Shown here in pieces: positions 1 to 10,593 of a DNA stretch of 64,000 bases; the first letter of the stretch is position 1; each line of letters starts with the position of its first letter. Location of the stretch: the NCBI GenBank assembly GCA_024231025.1, contig JAAEQW010000006.1:236-64235 (forward strand), written 5' to 3'. This DNA comes from Candidatus Omnitrophota bacterium. Lineage in GTDB: Bacteria; Omnitrophota; Gorgyraeia; Duberdicusellales; 4484-171. The notes beneath the pieces are model-generated. The model did not search any database. It worked only from the letters and a program-made list of their open reading frames with translations, and was not told the DNA's origin. A program made the translations under genes and the position numbers.

Positions 1-219
1 CGAAGCTACGTCTTCGGCCACTACCGGGCAAAAATGAGAACATTAATTTATCATTCAGCGAAATCCCACGAAGCCTCGGCGTAGTGGGAAACAAAACTAA
101 CTTATATGTCGCCCGTATGACACCTACACGAGCAAAATTTTTGGGTCAGAAATTTTTAGAACAACATTCTCGAGAAAGGTACATCTAAAGGTAATAAACC
201 ATTTATTAGGCAGAAATTT

Positions 220-624
220 TTATTCTTCTACCGCTTCTTTAACAGCCTCTTGTGGCGTCGATTCTTTCTCAGTATAGTATGCATCCAAAACCTTACTTTG
301 TAAATAGTCACGAAACTGCTGGTTAATTGGATGTGCTAAATCCTGATGAGTAATCTGCTTTCCACTAACTGCTTCTTTAGCGGGAGGGGGTAACGAAGCG
401 CCGCAATGATTGCAATAACGGCTTCCGGTATCGACTTTTTTTCCGCAGCGAGGACAAAACTGTTTTGCCTTTCTTGCCGGCATCGCCACGAATAAACCAT
501 TGTTACCCTCTACAACTTTGATGTTTCTTACCACAAAAGAGTTGTCAAAGGTTACAGTCGCATAAGCCTTGAGTCGTTTTCCCTCATTTTCCCGAAGAGA
601 AACTCTGACTTCTGTGATCTCCAT
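220..624 (-). CDS. spoVG: SpoVG-family protein with a C-terminal C4 zinc-ribbon extension
   Basis: The N-terminus MEITEVRVSLRENEGKRLKAYATVTFDNSFVVRNIKVVEGNNGLFVAMP matches the SpoVG signature. A CPRCG...CNHCG zinc ribbon follows. Confidence 0.7.
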   Translation of the reverse strand: MEITEVRVSLRENEGKRLKAYATVTFDNSFVVRNIKVVEGNNGLFVAMPARKAKQFCPRCGKKVDTGSRYCNHCGASLPPPAKEAVSGKQITHQDLAHPINQQFRDYLQSKVLDAYYTEKESTPQEAVKEAVEE

Positions 625-640
625 AGATCAAAACCTCCTT

Positions 641-1531
641 TTAAAAAGTTTGGACAAAAATAGCTGTCCACTTTTTAGGTAAATTCAGTTTGATACCTTT
701 AAATGATTTTTTATCTAACACAGCATAGAGGGCACTCCCACTACCTGTTACTCTAAAATCTAATGAATACTCGTTAAAATATTCCTTAATCTTTGACAAC
801 TCACCCAAAAGAGAAAGAGCGCTACGTTCTAATGCATTAAATATGCTGTTTTTGATAAGGGCTATGTCTCCTTTTCCTACAGCATATACTAATATATTAA
901 CATTACTCAAAAATTTTGTCAATTTGCCTTGATAAGTTTTATAAACTTTAGCGGTTGAAAGGCTTACCCCCGGCCAAACGACTAGGTGATAAAGTTTTTT
1001 TCCTTTAAACGGCGACACCTGCTCTCCTCTGCCGCTTATAAAGGCAAAAGAGCTTTCGCTAAGGAAAAAGTTAATATCGCTTCCAAGCTTTGAGCCCAAA
1101 TCATACAATTGCTTTTTGGACAACTTTAATTTTAATAAACTATTAATACCGATAAGGGTGGTTGCAGCATTAGATGACCCTCCACCCAAACCTGCCCCGA
1201 TGGGAATTTTCTTTTTTAATTTTATATTAAACCCGAAAGGAATTTTATATTTATCCTTTATAAGTTGAGCTGCTCTTATGCATAGGTTATCTTTTGTTTC
1301 TAATATTTTATTATTGCAGGAAAATTTTATAGACTCATCTTTCGTTGTTTGAATCGAAATCTCATCAAATAAAGATATCCGTTCAAAAATACTTTCAATC
1401 GCATGGAACTCTTTATTGTATTTTCCGGTAATATTGAGGTAAAGATTGATCTTGGCAGGACTTAAGAGTTTAATTTTACTGCCGTATGAATTCTTCTGCT
1501 CGTTTTGCGATAGAATCAGCCGAGAGGCCAT
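641..1531 (-). CDS. ispE: 4-diphosphocytidyl-2-C-methyl-D-erythritol kinase (GHMP kinase)
   Basis: It has the PAKINLYLNI N-terminal motif and the GAGLGGGSSNAA ATP loop. The ORF-track start overlaps the upstream gene by 56 nt, so the true start is probably a downstream alternative codon. Confidence 0.75.
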   Translation of the reverse strand: MASRLILSQNEQKNSYGSKIKLLSPAKINLYLNITGKYNKEFHAIESIFERISLFDEISIQTTKDESIKFSCNNKILETKDNLCIRAAQLIKDKYKIPFGFNIKLKKKIPIGAGLGGGSSNAATTLIGINSLLKLKLSKKQLYDLGSKLGSDINFFLSESSFAFISGRGEQVSPFKGKKLYHLVVWPGVSLSTAKVYKTYQGKLTKFLSNVNILVYAVGKGDIALIKNSIFNALERSALSLLGELSKIKEYFNEYSLDFRVTGSGSALYAVLDKKSFKGIKLNLPKKWTAIFVQTF

Positions 1532-2405
1532 AAAAATCCATCAACTCCTTAGGCGCACCAGATTGACCAAAGCGATCTTCGACCGCAACACAGTCAACCA
1601 AAACCGGACAATTACGCGCCACTACTTCGCACACTGCTGAACACAAACCACCCATTGCCTGGTGTTCATCGCAGACTAGGATCTTCTTATGTTTATTGGC
1701 GATTTTGATAATTAACTCTTTGTCGATCGGTTTTATTGTGTGCATATTATAAACTGAAATTGAAATTCCTCGTTTTTTTAAAATATCATGGGCCTTTAGT
1801 GTTTCTTGGACCATAATCCCGCAAGCTATAACAGCAAGATCGGCGCCTTCAGTTAAGGCGTACCCCTTGCCAAGGTGGAAATGTTTTCTATTTTCTATTG
1901 TTGCTACTTTTGAACGACCAAGACGAATATAAAACGGCCCCTTTGTTTTATGGGCAGTGATTATCGCGTCTCTAGCTTCCCAGGCGTCAGAAGGAACAAT
2001 TACTTTCATGTTAGGTATTGCCCGCACAGCATTAATATCTTCTAAAGCCTGATGAGAGGCTCCATCCTCACCAACAGTTATACCGCCGTGAGTGGCAACT
2101 ATTTTCACATTAAGGTTGTTGTAGCAAACTGTATTTCTTATCTGATCCAATACTCTTGCTGTAGCAAACATCGCAAAAGTTGAAGCAAACACAATTTTAC
2201 CACAACTGGCTAATCCTCCGGATGCTGCAATCATATTTTGCTCAGCAACACCGAAATTAAAAAACCGATCGGGAAACTCTTTTCTAAAAAGAGCCGTCCG
2301 AGTAGAACCAGAGAGGTCGGCATCGCAAACCACAACCCTTGGATCTTTTTTTCCTAACTCAATAAGTGTTCTACCATAAACATCGCGAGCGTAGAGCATT
2401 TCCAT
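1476..2405 (-). CDS. Transketolase, C-terminal (pyrimidine-binding) subunit of a split enzyme
   Basis: NFGVAEQNMIAASGGLA... is typical of split transketolase subunit B, and it is adjacent to the N-terminal subunit gene. Confidence 0.85.
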   Translation of the reverse strand: MEMLYARDVYGRTLIELGKKDPRVVVCDADLSGSTRTALFRKEFPDRFFNFGVAEQNMIAASGGLASCGKIVFASTFAMFATARVLDQIRNTVCYNNLNVKIVATHGGITVGEDGASHQALEDINAVRAIPNMKVIVPSDAWEARDAIITAHKTKGPFYIRLGRSKVATIENRKHFHLGKGYALTEGADLAVIACGIMVQETLKAHDILKKRGISISVYNMHTIKPIDKELIIKIANKHKKILVCDEHQAMGGLCSAVCEVVARNCPVLVDCVAVEDRFGQSGAPKELMDFYGLSADSIAKRAEEFIRQ

Positions 2406-2420
2406 ATTACACCCCTGGTA

Positions 2421-3248
2421 TTATTCTGATTTTTCGACCTCTAACTCTCTTAGGGCTATTTCTCTTTCCTGTTCGGTAGGTGCCCTGCCGTGGAAATCAA
2501 CCACATGCTCCATGAATGACACCCCTTTACCCTTTACCGTATGAGCAACAATCATCGTTGGCTTAAACTGAATTGATTTTGCTTCAGTAAAAGCTTCCAA
2601 TAAATCTTCTATATTATGACCATCGCATTGAATAACGCGCCAGCCAAAAGATTCCCACTTATTAACTAGAGGTTCAAGATTCATAACCTCTTCTGTTCTT
2701 CCATCGATCTGAAAACGATTATAATCAATCACCGCACAAAGATTGTCTAATTTATGATGACTACAGGCCATTGCCGCTTCCCAAACATTACCTTCCTGAA
2801 GCTCCCCATCACCCATAAGGCAATATATTCTGGAATCTTTCTTGTCAACTTTACCAGCTAGAGCCATACCTAAAGCAATCGAAAGCCCCTGGCCCAGCGA
2901 ACCACTAGCAACTTCAATGCCAGGAATTTTACTGTCAGGATGGCCTTGTAACATTGAACCAAGTTTTCTTAAGCTGAGTAATTCATTTTTAGGAAAATAT
3001 CCGCACAAAGCCAACGCCGCATAAAGAGCCGGACAACAATGCCCTTTAGAAAGATGAAATTTATCTCGATCTGACCACTCTGGATCCTTAGGATCATAAC
3101 GCATAATCCCAAAAAATAAACAAGCAACAATATCCGCTGAAGACAACGATCCTCCAGGATGCCCGCTTCCAGCCTCAGCCAACATCTCAACGATAAGTTT
3201 TCTAATCTGAGTTGCCTTACTTTTTATTAATTTTGCTTTTCTTTCCAT
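2421..3248 (-). CDS. Transketolase, N-terminal (thiamine diphosphate-binding) subunit
   Basis: It carries the GHPGGSLS...GDGELQEGNVWEA TPP-binding motif of split transketolase subunit A. Confidence 0.85.
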   Translation of the reverse strand: MERKAKLIKSKATQIRKLIVEMLAEAGSGHPGGSLSSADIVACLFFGIMRYDPKDPEWSDRDKFHLSKGHCCPALYAALALCGYFPKNELLSLRKLGSMLQGHPDSKIPGIEVASGSLGQGLSIALGMALAGKVDKKDSRIYCLMGDGELQEGNVWEAAMACSHHKLDNLCAVIDYNRFQIDGRTEEVMNLEPLVNKWESFGWRVIQCDGHNIEDLLEAFTEAKSIQFKPTMIVAHTVKGKGVSFMEHVVDFHGRAPTEQEREIALRELEVEKSE

Positions 3249-4359
3249 GTTTTTTTAACTTTTCCTGTAGTTTTTTATCTTTGGGAAAATATTTTACTCC
3301 CTCTTGATAATATTTACCAGCATTTTCTATTTTACCTGCCTCCAAACAAACATCACCAAGATGCTCGTAAAGAATTGGGTCCTTCAAAAATTGTACCGCT
3401 TTAAGTAGGTGCGCCTCTGCTAATTCATATTCTTTTTTCTTAAAATATACCCAAGCTAAACTATCAAGGTATGCACCATTTTGAGGGTCTTTTTCTAAGG
3501 CTTTCTTTATCATTTCTTCGGCCTCATCAAGCTTAACCTCATCTTCAGCGTAAGTATACCCTAATGAGTTTAAAGTTGGTGCGTGAGCTGGCTCTATGTC
3601 TAAACCTTTAATCCATATATCAATCGCTTCTTTGCGCCGACCAACTTCAGCATAAAGATAGCCTAACCAAAAAAGACCTTCTACATACCCTGGGTTAGCC
3701 TCAATGATCGCCTCATACACTCTAATCGCATCTTGAGGTTTTCTTTTATAAAAATAAAACTGCGCTAAATATTCAGATATTTTAATATTCTCAGGTTTAA
3801 CCTTATGAGCACGCTCTAGGAATTCGCCATATTCTTTTTCTAATGCTTCATCGTTTTGAGTATAAGAATGAAGAAAAATCAAGGCAAGCGAGACGTCAAT
3901 ATCTTCTGAATCAATTTTCTTAGCTGATTGAAGTTCTTTTTCTGCCTTTTCCATTTCTCCTGATCGAATCAAAAAAGCAGCAATCTTTAAGCGAATGTGT
4001 ACAGATTTAGGATCAAGCTTCTTTACCTTGCGTAGTTCTTTTAATGCCTTCTTGTAATTTCCTTCTTCGGCTAAAAAAAGACCCCTTAAGTAATTGCTAT
4101 AAGCCTTGGCAGAAACTCTTGCATTTATGCGTCGTGGCCGTTTGGTTGGTTTTTCTGTTTTAGATTCGACATCTTCAGGGAAAGTTTTTACCAGCCCAAG
4201 AGACGGAATACCCAATTCCGAAATAACATTTTTATCTTTAGCGAAAGAGTTAAAAGCAATAATGACCAGGAAAGTTGCGCAAAGCAAAACCTTGCCACAA
4301 CGCAATCCCAAAAAGCTATAACTTCTTAAAGTAGTAGGCGATAAAACTCTCATTAACAC
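3217..4359 (-). CDS. TPR repeat protein, secreted or membrane-anchored
   Basis: It has an N-terminal hydrophobic segment followed by multiple 34-aa TPR-like repeats (AxxYxxLGxxY...). Confidence 0.6.
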   Translation of the reverse strand: MLMRVLSPTTLRSYSFLGLRCGKVLLCATFLVIIAFNSFAKDKNVISELGIPSLGLVKTFPEDVESKTEKPTKRPRRINARVSAKAYSNYLRGLFLAEEGNYKKALKELRKVKKLDPKSVHIRLKIAAFLIRSGEMEKAEKELQSAKKIDSEDIDVSLALIFLHSYTQNDEALEKEYGEFLERAHKVKPENIKISEYLAQFYFYKRKPQDAIRVYEAIIEANPGYVEGLFWLGYLYAEVGRRKEAIDIWIKGLDIEPAHAPTLNSLGYTYAEDEVKLDEAEEMIKKALEKDPQNGAYLDSLAWVYFKKKEYELAEAHLLKAVQFLKDPILYEHLGDVCLEAGKIENAGKYYQEGVKYFPKDKKLQEKLKKHGKKSKINKK

Positions 4360-4518
4360 AAGGGCTATCTCGACTTATGTCTTTGTTGCTTTCTTCGTTT
4401 TTTAAACCAGTGTCTTTTGACTTTTTTTAACTTTTTCTTTTTACCACAGGGCATTGATTACTCCAACTTTGTCATTTTGTCATTCGGGCGATTCGCGACT
4501 CGCCCCTACACGAATAAA

Positions 4519-5394
4519 TTAGTAAATTACTTTATTCAAAGGGTATTCAATAATTCCTTGTGCGCCATTATCCTTAAGAAGCGGCACAAGTCTACGTACT
4601 TCTTTCTCTTCGATCATAACCTCGCAAGCAACCCAATCCTTTAGCGTAAGAAAAGAAATTGTTGGTTTCTTAAGAGCTGGAAGCAAACTTAAAATTTTAT
4701 TTAGATCTTTCTCTTTAACATTTAGCTTTAAACCAACTTTATCTCTTGCCTCTAGGGCTCCTTGCAGTAAAAGAAGGATCCGTTCCATCTTCTGCTTTTT
4801 CCAAATATTTTTTTGAGCAGCTCGATTAGCAATAAATTTAGTAGTTGATACGCAGATTGTGTCAATTATTTTTAATCTATTAGCTTTTAGGCTTTCTCCG
4901 GTTTCAGTTAAATCAACGATCGCGTCAACCAGCCCACTGCCTACCTTCACTTCTGTCGCACCCCAACTAAATTCAACATCAACTTTTATTTTTTGATTTC
5001 TAAAATACTTTTTAGTATAACCAACAAGTTCAGTGGCAATTCGTTTACCTTCCAAATCCTTTAACTTCTTTATTTTTGAATCTTCCTTAACGGCAACAAC
5101 CCATCTTACTGGATTCGAGGTTCTTTTGGCATACTTTAATTCGGCAAGCCTAGCTACATTCGAACCATTCTCTAAAATCCAATCTTCTCCGGTAATTCCG
5201 CAATCCAACATTCCCTCTTCCACATAACGAGACATCTCTTGGGCTCGGATTAAAACTATTTTGATTTCAGGGTCATCAACTGAAGGAAAATAAGAGCGCC
5301 GGCCTACATAAATGTCAAAACCAGCCATCTTAAAGATTTCTAAGGTCTTCTCCTGTAAACTTCCCTTTGGTATGCCTAAAGTCAACGTTTTCAC
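4519..5394 (-). CDS. hisG: ATP phosphoribosyltransferase, long form with C-terminal regulatory domain
   Basis: LTLGIPKGSLQEKTLEIFKMAGFDI and the VDAIVDLTETGESLKAN motif indicate HisG. Confidence 0.8.
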   Translation of the reverse strand: MKTLTLGIPKGSLQEKTLEIFKMAGFDIYVGRRSYFPSVDDPEIKIVLIRAQEMSRYVEEGMLDCGITGEDWILENGSNVARLAELKYAKRTSNPVRWVVAVKEDSKIKKLKDLEGKRIATELVGYTKKYFRNQKIKVDVEFSWGATEVKVGSGLVDAIVDLTETGESLKANRLKIIDTICVSTTKFIANRAAQKNIWKKQKMERILLLLQGALEARDKVGLKLNVKEKDLNKILSLLPALKKPTISFLTLKDWVACEVMIEEKEVRRLVPLLKDNGAQGIIEYPLNKVIY

Positions 5395-5565
5395 TCTGTT
5401 AGATCTCCATCTGCTATTGCCCTTTCAAGTCTAATAGGGCTCCCTCGTTAAGCCTAAAAGCCTAACGGGGTTCATAATTTTTACCTCACAAAACGTCGCC
5501 AATTATACAACGATTATCCACTATTGTAAAGAGATTTTTGCTTTTGAGGTTTTTGGCGCTCCAAT

Positions 5566-6507
5566 TTAACATTTAGCGGAATCAGCCTTCGGCTGAATTT
5601 CTTTCTCAAGATAATTAATAACATAGTCTTTAATACCTGATCGAAGATCGAACTCAGGAGCAATACCTAATTTTTTTAACAATCCAATATCTGCCTGGGT
5701 AAAATCCTGATAGACATCCGCATAAGGATTATCAAAATAATCGGGTTTCAAATTTTTATTTAGGCTTTTATTCAGAGCAGCAATTATCTCGTTAAAGCTG
5801 CCGGCGGTACCAGTACCAACATTAAGAATTGCGTTTTTCTTTAAATTTAATGCTTCAACAGTGATACGGGCAACATCCTTTACGTAAATAAAATCCCTTT
5901 TTTGCTCGCCATGCTTAAATACTCTTGGTCTTTTACCGTTTTTCATCTGCAAATAAAGCTGATATGTCATACTCGCAGCGCTACCTTTGTGGTATTCATT
6001 TGGACCATAAACGTTAAAATATCTCACACCAACAACAAGTGGTGTCTTAACAACCTTACTCACCTTTTCAGAATGCACATCGCAGAGGTATTTAGAGTAA
6101 GCATAAGTATTATGAGGAGCGGCCTCTTGGGTTTCACTCATTGGAGAACGACCATTGCCATACACTCCGGCACTTGATGCATACACGAGTTTTATTTTCT
6201 TCTTTAAAGAGTAGTTAAAAACGTTTTTAAAACCCTCAAAATTAACCATCATCATTTTCGTATCATCTAATAAAGTTGTATCGGTAATCGCTGCCTCATG
6301 GATAATAGCATCTACTTTAGGTAATTTTTTATAAATTGCTGCATCTAAAATATCAGCGCAAATAACATCTCCTTTTGTGCCATCTAAATTTTTATAGCTA
6401 GAATGAGAAAAATTATCAAAAATAATTGTTTTCGCGCCTTTAGATTCAAGCAATTTAACTATATTTGAACCAATAAATCCTGCTGCTCCAGTAACCAATA
6501 CTTTCAT
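5566..6507 (-). CDS. NAD-dependent sugar-nucleotide epimerase (ADP-L-glycero-D-manno-heptose 6-epimerase-like)
   Basis: The Rossmann motif VTGAAGFIGSNIV and the YxxxK active site (YAYSK) are present, and the length is ~313 aa. Confidence 0.6.
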   Translation of the reverse strand: MKVLVTGAAGFIGSNIVKLLESKGAKTIIFDNFSHSSYKNLDGTKGDVICADILDAAIYKKLPKVDAIIHEAAITDTTLLDDTKMMMVNFEGFKNVFNYSLKKKIKLVYASSAGVYGNGRSPMSETQEAAPHNTYAYSKYLCDVHSEKVSKVVKTPLVVGVRYFNVYGPNEYHKGSAASMTYQLYLQMKNGKRPRVFKHGEQKRDFIYVKDVARITVEALNLKKNAILNVGTGTAGSFNEIIAALNKSLNKNLKPDYFDNPYADVYQDFTQADIGLLKKLGIAPEFDLRSGIKDYVINYLEKEIQPKADSAKC

Positions 6508-6529
6508 CCCGCTAAACCTCCTATTACTC

Positions 6530-7168
6530 TTATTGTTTAATTTTCCCCTCTAGTTCTTCGATTCTTTTTTCCAAACGGTGCAATACCTCAATTACAGGAT
6601 CAGGAAGCTTGTTATGATCAAGCTCAATGCCACTAATGTGCTTGATGGCCTTTTCCAAAATAATTCTACCCGGCACACCAACAGCCGTAGAGTTATTAGG
6701 GACATCGGTTATTATTACACTTCCTGCACCAATACGCGCCGCTTCACCAACTTTAATCGGCCCAAGCAAAATCGCCCCGGCCCCGATGACAACTTTATTG
6801 CCAATAGTAGGGTGCCGCTTTGTTTTCTCATGGGAAACACCACCTAAAACTACCCCCTGATAAATAAGAACATCGTCGCCGATTTCTGAAGTTTGGCCAA
6901 TCACCACCCCCATACCGTGGTCGATGAAAAATCTTCTACCGATTGTAGCCCCAGGATGAATTTCAATTCCAGTTAAAAAGCGCACAAGATGAGATATTAT
7001 TCGAGCAAAAAACTTTAATCTAATGCGCCAAAGCAAATGCGCAAAGCGATACGCCCAAATCGCATGCAACCCCGAATAGCAAAAAAGCACCTCAAAGATG
7101 CTTCTTGCAGCAGGATCCTCACGAAAAGTTGTTTTAATGTCTTCTTTTATTCTGCTAATGAATCCCAT
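6530..7168 (-). CDS. cysE: Serine O-acetyltransferase (hexapeptide repeat)
   Basis: [44 protein letters not shown] is the CysE hexapeptide core. Confidence 0.75.
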   Translation of the reverse strand: MGFISRIKEDIKTTFREDPAARSIFEVLFCYSGLHAIWAYRFAHLLWRIRLKFFARIISHLVRFLTGIEIHPGATIGRRFFIDHGMGVVIGQTSEIGDDVLIYQGVVLGGVSHEKTKRHPTIGNKVVIGAGAILLGPIKVGEAARIGAGSVIITDVPNNSTAVGVPGRIILEKAIKHISGIELDHNKLPDPVIEVLHRLEKRIEELEGKIKQ

Positions 7169-7246
7169 ATTTTTAAATATTTTAAACTTTTTTCAACCAC
7201 TTACAGTTATCCAACACACTACATAAAATAATGGATAATTGAGATA

Positions 7247-8920
7247 TTGTCAATAAGTACTTTCCAACTAGATACCATTGACCCAACACCACCGTGGCCT
7301 TATAATGCCTTTAAAATGACTAGACCGAAATTCCCCCCATTAACCAGCCGCCTTTGCATATTGATAATAATTTTATTATCTGTATGCATATACATAAATA
7401 CCTTAAAGGGTGAATTCATATGGCACGATAAGTTCTTTATTGCAGAAAAAGGAGCAATCCTGCAATCATGGAAAAATTTACCAACGGTGTTTAGTTCGGG
7501 TTTCTGTAACTTTAAAAACACAGACATATCGCAAGGAATATATTACCGCCCTTTAGTTACTCTCTCCTATTCTCTTGACTATCTCTTATGGAAGCTACGC
7601 CCGGCTGGATATCACCTAACAAACATATTCTGGCACACCTTAAATGGGATAATGATTTTTATTATTTTGCTTCTACTTACCAAAAAACGTGCGCTCGCAC
7701 TTCTGGCTAGCATGCTATTTATATCTCACCCTATTCAAACCGCATGCGTCAGCTATATAACAAATCGCGTTGATATACTTTGTCTTTTTTTCATGCTGTT
7801 TTCTTGGTATGCGTTTATAAAGAGTAACGAGACTGATCGAAATATTTTTACTGCCCTCTCACTGTTCTCTTTTGTGGCTGCGCTTCTAGCAAAAGAGGCG
7901 GCAATTGTTTTACCGTTGCTCTTTCTGCTGCATATTGTGTGTTTTAAAAAAATAAAAAAGCAAAAAGTAATTTTTTACACAACTGCAATGATCTTTACAT
8001 CATGCGCCTATTTGCTTATCAGATACAACGCAACAAGAAGTTTAGGGGTACAATCACCTCTACACGAAAACAAGGTTGCTCTTGCCCTTACAATGCTCAA
8101 TGTCATTACAGACAACATCCGGCTTCTGCTTTGGCCAAGCAACCTTAGCACCAGCGATGCTTTTTTAATATCGCGTTCGATTATGGAAAATTACACGTTT
8201 GTATCTTTTATGATTATTTCTGCGTTGATTGCAATTGCAATATACTACCTGAAAAAAGATAAGTTAATTAGTTTCTGTTTATTTTGGTTTTTCATAACAC
8301 TATTGCCGGTGTTAAATATAATTCCGATCCTTTACCTTCGTGCAGATCACTTTCTATACATCCCATCACTTGGATTTTGCATCTTAACTGCGGCAATACT
8401 CCATAAAAATAGAGCTTTCCTAAGGCACTCTTTAATTATTATTTTAATTTTCTCTATTCTTACAATAAGCCGAAACAAAGATTGGCAAAATGAAATAAGT
8501 CTCTTTAGCAAAAGTATAAAATCACACCCACAAGCAAAAGAAGCACACGCTTGTCTGGGCTTTGCTTATCACCAAAAAGGCTTACACGAAAAAGCCTCAC
8601 ATCATTATAAAAAGGCCCTTATAAGTAACCCGAGTTACTACAGCTTTTCACGTCCTGGGCGTATTTTAGAGAATTTAGCAAACATTTATTACGCCGGTCA
8701 TCTTTATAAATGGGCAGAAAAATATTATCAAATGGCTTTAGAGTTTGAACCCGAAGATGGCAATATACACCTTGGGTTAGGTAATGTTTATTACGAGCAA
8801 AATCAATACCAAAAGGCAATAGACTCCTATCAAGCTTCCTTGAGATATTCGCCCAGCAACAGCAGCGCTCACCACAACTTATCTAAAGCATATGAAAAAC
8901 AGGTGGGTTTGAAAAAATGA
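7247..8920 (+). CDS. Polytopic membrane protein with C-terminal TPR repeats (PMT/ArnT-like glycosyltransferase architecture)
   Basis: About 11 hydrophobic segments are followed by TPR-like repeats (AHACLGFAYHQKG...). A likelier start is the internal Met at MTRPKF. Confidence 0.5.
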   Translation: MSISTFQLDTIDPTPPWPYNAFKMTRPKFPPLTSRLCILIIILLSVCIYINTLKGEFIWHDKFFIAEKGAILQSWKNLPTVFSSGFCNFKNTDISQGIYYRPLVTLSYSLDYLLWKLRPAGYHLTNIFWHTLNGIMIFIILLLLTKKRALALLASMLFISHPIQTACVSYITNRVDILCLFFMLFSWYAFIKSNETDRNIFTALSLFSFVAALLAKEAAIVLPLLFLLHIVCFKKIKKQKVIFYTTAMIFTSCAYLLIRYNATRSLGVQSPLHENKVALALTMLNVITDNIRLLLWPSNLSTSDAFLISRSIMENYTFVSFMIISALIAIAIYYLKKDKLISFCLFWFFITLLPVLNIIPILYLRADHFLYIPSLGFCILTAAILHKNRAFLRHSLIIILIFSILTISRNKDWQNEISLFSKSIKSHPQAKEAHACLGFAYHQKGLHEKASHHYKKALISNPSYYSFSRPGRILENLANIYYAGHLYKWAEKYYQMALEFEPEDGNIHLGLGNVYYEQNQYQKAIDSYQASLRYSPSNSSAHHNLSKAYEKQVGLKK

Positions 8921-8991
8921 GCAACTATCCACGCATCAAACTTCTTAGGTAAGAATTTTCAATCACTGTAATCTTCCCCCAATCTTCGTAA

Positions 8992-9594
8992 TCAGGGACT
9001 GTTGTATTTTGTAACAGTTCCAAAATAGGTTTTCAGCTTAAAAAACGCTTTCCCGCGATGGCTGATTGCGTTCTTTTGCGTTGAGGATAGTTGTGCGGTA
9101 GTTTTTTTATATTTAGAAAGGTAAAATATTGGATCATATCCAAAACCGCCGCTGCCTTGTGAATGGGTAGCAATCGCACCCGATAAAACACCGCTAAAAG
9201 TTTTTATCACTTTTGCGTTTTTCATTAACACAAGCGCACAGCAAAAACGCGCGCCCCTCTTCTTTATGCAATTAAGAGCTTTGAGCAATTTTTTATTATT
9301 CGTAATGCTCGTTGCCTTGGAACCAGAATATCTCTTCGAGTGCACCCCTGGTGCTCCATTTAAATAATTAACCTCAAGACCCGAATCTTCTCCAACCACA
9401 AAATCATCTTTATAAAATTTAGATACCGGACTTGTCTTTTTTATTGCATTTTCTAAAAACGTTTTACCGTTTTCCTTTAAATTGAATTTTTTATCTAAAT
9501 CAGCTAAAGATATTATCGACACCCCGCTACCGCGTAAAATTCGTTTTATCTCGCGCAACTTACCCCGATTAGAAGTAGCAACAATCAATCTCAT
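8992..9594 (-). CDS. rdgB: Non-canonical purine NTP pyrophosphatase (Ham1/RdgB family)
   Basis: MRLIVATSNRGKLREIKRIL and the FGYDPIF motif indicate the family. It overlaps rph by 4 nt, consistent with operon coupling. Confidence 0.8.
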   Translation of the reverse strand: MRLIVATSNRGKLREIKRILRGSGVSIISLADLDKKFNLKENGKTFLENAIKKTSPVSKFYKDDFVVGEDSGLEVNYLNGAPGVHSKRYSGSKATSITNNKKLLKALNCIKKRGARFCCALVLMKNAKVIKTFSGVLSGAIATHSQGSGGFGYDPIFYLSKYKKTTAQLSSTQKNAISHRGKAFFKLKTYFGTVTKYNSP

Positions 9595-10316
9595 AAAATA
9601 TTGGCTAATTCTGTTTTTAAAAGTTGCTTTTGGAGCTCAATTATCTCATTAATTCCTTTTCTGGCTAAGTCAATCAATGAATTAAATTCATCTTGCGAAA
9701 AAGAACTATTCTCACCAGTTCCTTGCACTTCAATGAATTCTCCCGACCCTTTCATAACAACATTCATATCAACATCGGCTCGAGAATCTTCGTGATAGGA
9801 TAAATCTAAAAGAACCTCTCCTTTAACCACCCCAACGCTAATTGCTCCTAAAAGATCACATATGCAACCCTCTCCAATTTTACCTTGTTGCTGCAACCCG
9901 TAAACGCAATCGGCCAAAGCAATAAACCCGCCAACTACCGAAGCGGTTCTTGTTCCGCCATCTGCCTGAATAACATCGCAATCAATCCATATTGTTCTCT
10001 CACCTAATTTATTCAAATTAACTACATTGCGTAACGACCTGCCAATTAAACGCTGTATCTCCATGCGCCTACCGGTTATTTTATCTCTAAGCATTCTTTT
10101 ATTTGTTGAACGCGGAAGCATGCCATATTCGGCAGTTACCCAGCCTTGACCGCTATTACGCAAAAATAAAGGAACATTTCTGTCAACTGAAGCGGCACAT
10201 ATTACTTTTGTGTCTCCAATTTCAATTAAACATGATCCATCTGAATTTTTCATAAAACCACGTTCAATATTAAGTTTTCTTAACTGGTCCGATAATCTTT
10301 GATCTTTACGTTTCAT
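9591..10316 (-). CDS. rph: Ribonuclease PH
   Basis: RKDQRLSDQLRKLNIERGFMKNSDGSCLIEIGDTKVICAASV together with the GGTRTASV motif identifies RNase PH. Confidence 0.9.
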   Translation of the reverse strand: MKRKDQRLSDQLRKLNIERGFMKNSDGSCLIEIGDTKVICAASVDRNVPLFLRNSGQGWVTAEYGMLPRSTNKRMLRDKITGRRMEIQRLIGRSLRNVVNLNKLGERTIWIDCDVIQADGGTRTASVVGGFIALADCVYGLQQQGKIGEGCICDLLGAISVGVVKGEVLLDLSYHEDSRADVDMNVVMKGSGEFIEVQGTGENSSFSQDEFNSLIDLARKGINEIIELQKQLLKTELANIL

Positions 10317-10593
10317 TATTCCTCCCTTTTAATTAAAAACTATTAGCGCAAAACGTAACCCCGCACTCTAATATATTTATTTGGCGGGACCCCACTAAAT
10401 AAAACAATAACCAAGTTACAAGTTACAATGACCAAACAATAATCAATGACCAAATTCGAATAACCAAATTTCTTGATTATTGGGTATTGAATATTGGAAT
10501 TTGTTTGTATCTTGTTTCTTGTAGCTTGTTTCTTGTATTGAGAATAACCAACTTGCTACTTACGACTAAATATGGCTTTGCGCTTCTAACGTA

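Noticed and set aside
1446-1640. Numerous 60-110-aa ORFs in the six-frame track that lie antisense to or nested within long genes (e.g. 1446-1640, 2842-3024, 2969-3190, 5033-5227, 5902-6177, 6578-6860, 18325-18664, 19354-19722, 24849-25113, 28619-28825, 28958-29203, 34210-34446, 35758-35953, 36326-36983, 52288-52862, 56246-56776, 57256-57994, 60007-60539)
   Set aside because: They are fully embedded in well-supported genes on the opposite strand or in alternative frames. They show low-complexity composition, no motifs, and no independent start or RBS context. They are most likely translation artefacts of the track.
4484-4503. Hairpin GGGCGAgtcgcgaaTCGCCC downstream of hisG as a terminator
   Set aside because: It has a good stem but is not followed by a U-run on the hisG strand, so there is not enough support to annotate it.
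8998-9025. Imperfect inverted repeat ggactgttgtattttgtaacagttcc
   Set aside because: It lies inside the C-terminal coding region of rdgB. It is likely a coincidental or coding-constrained sequence.
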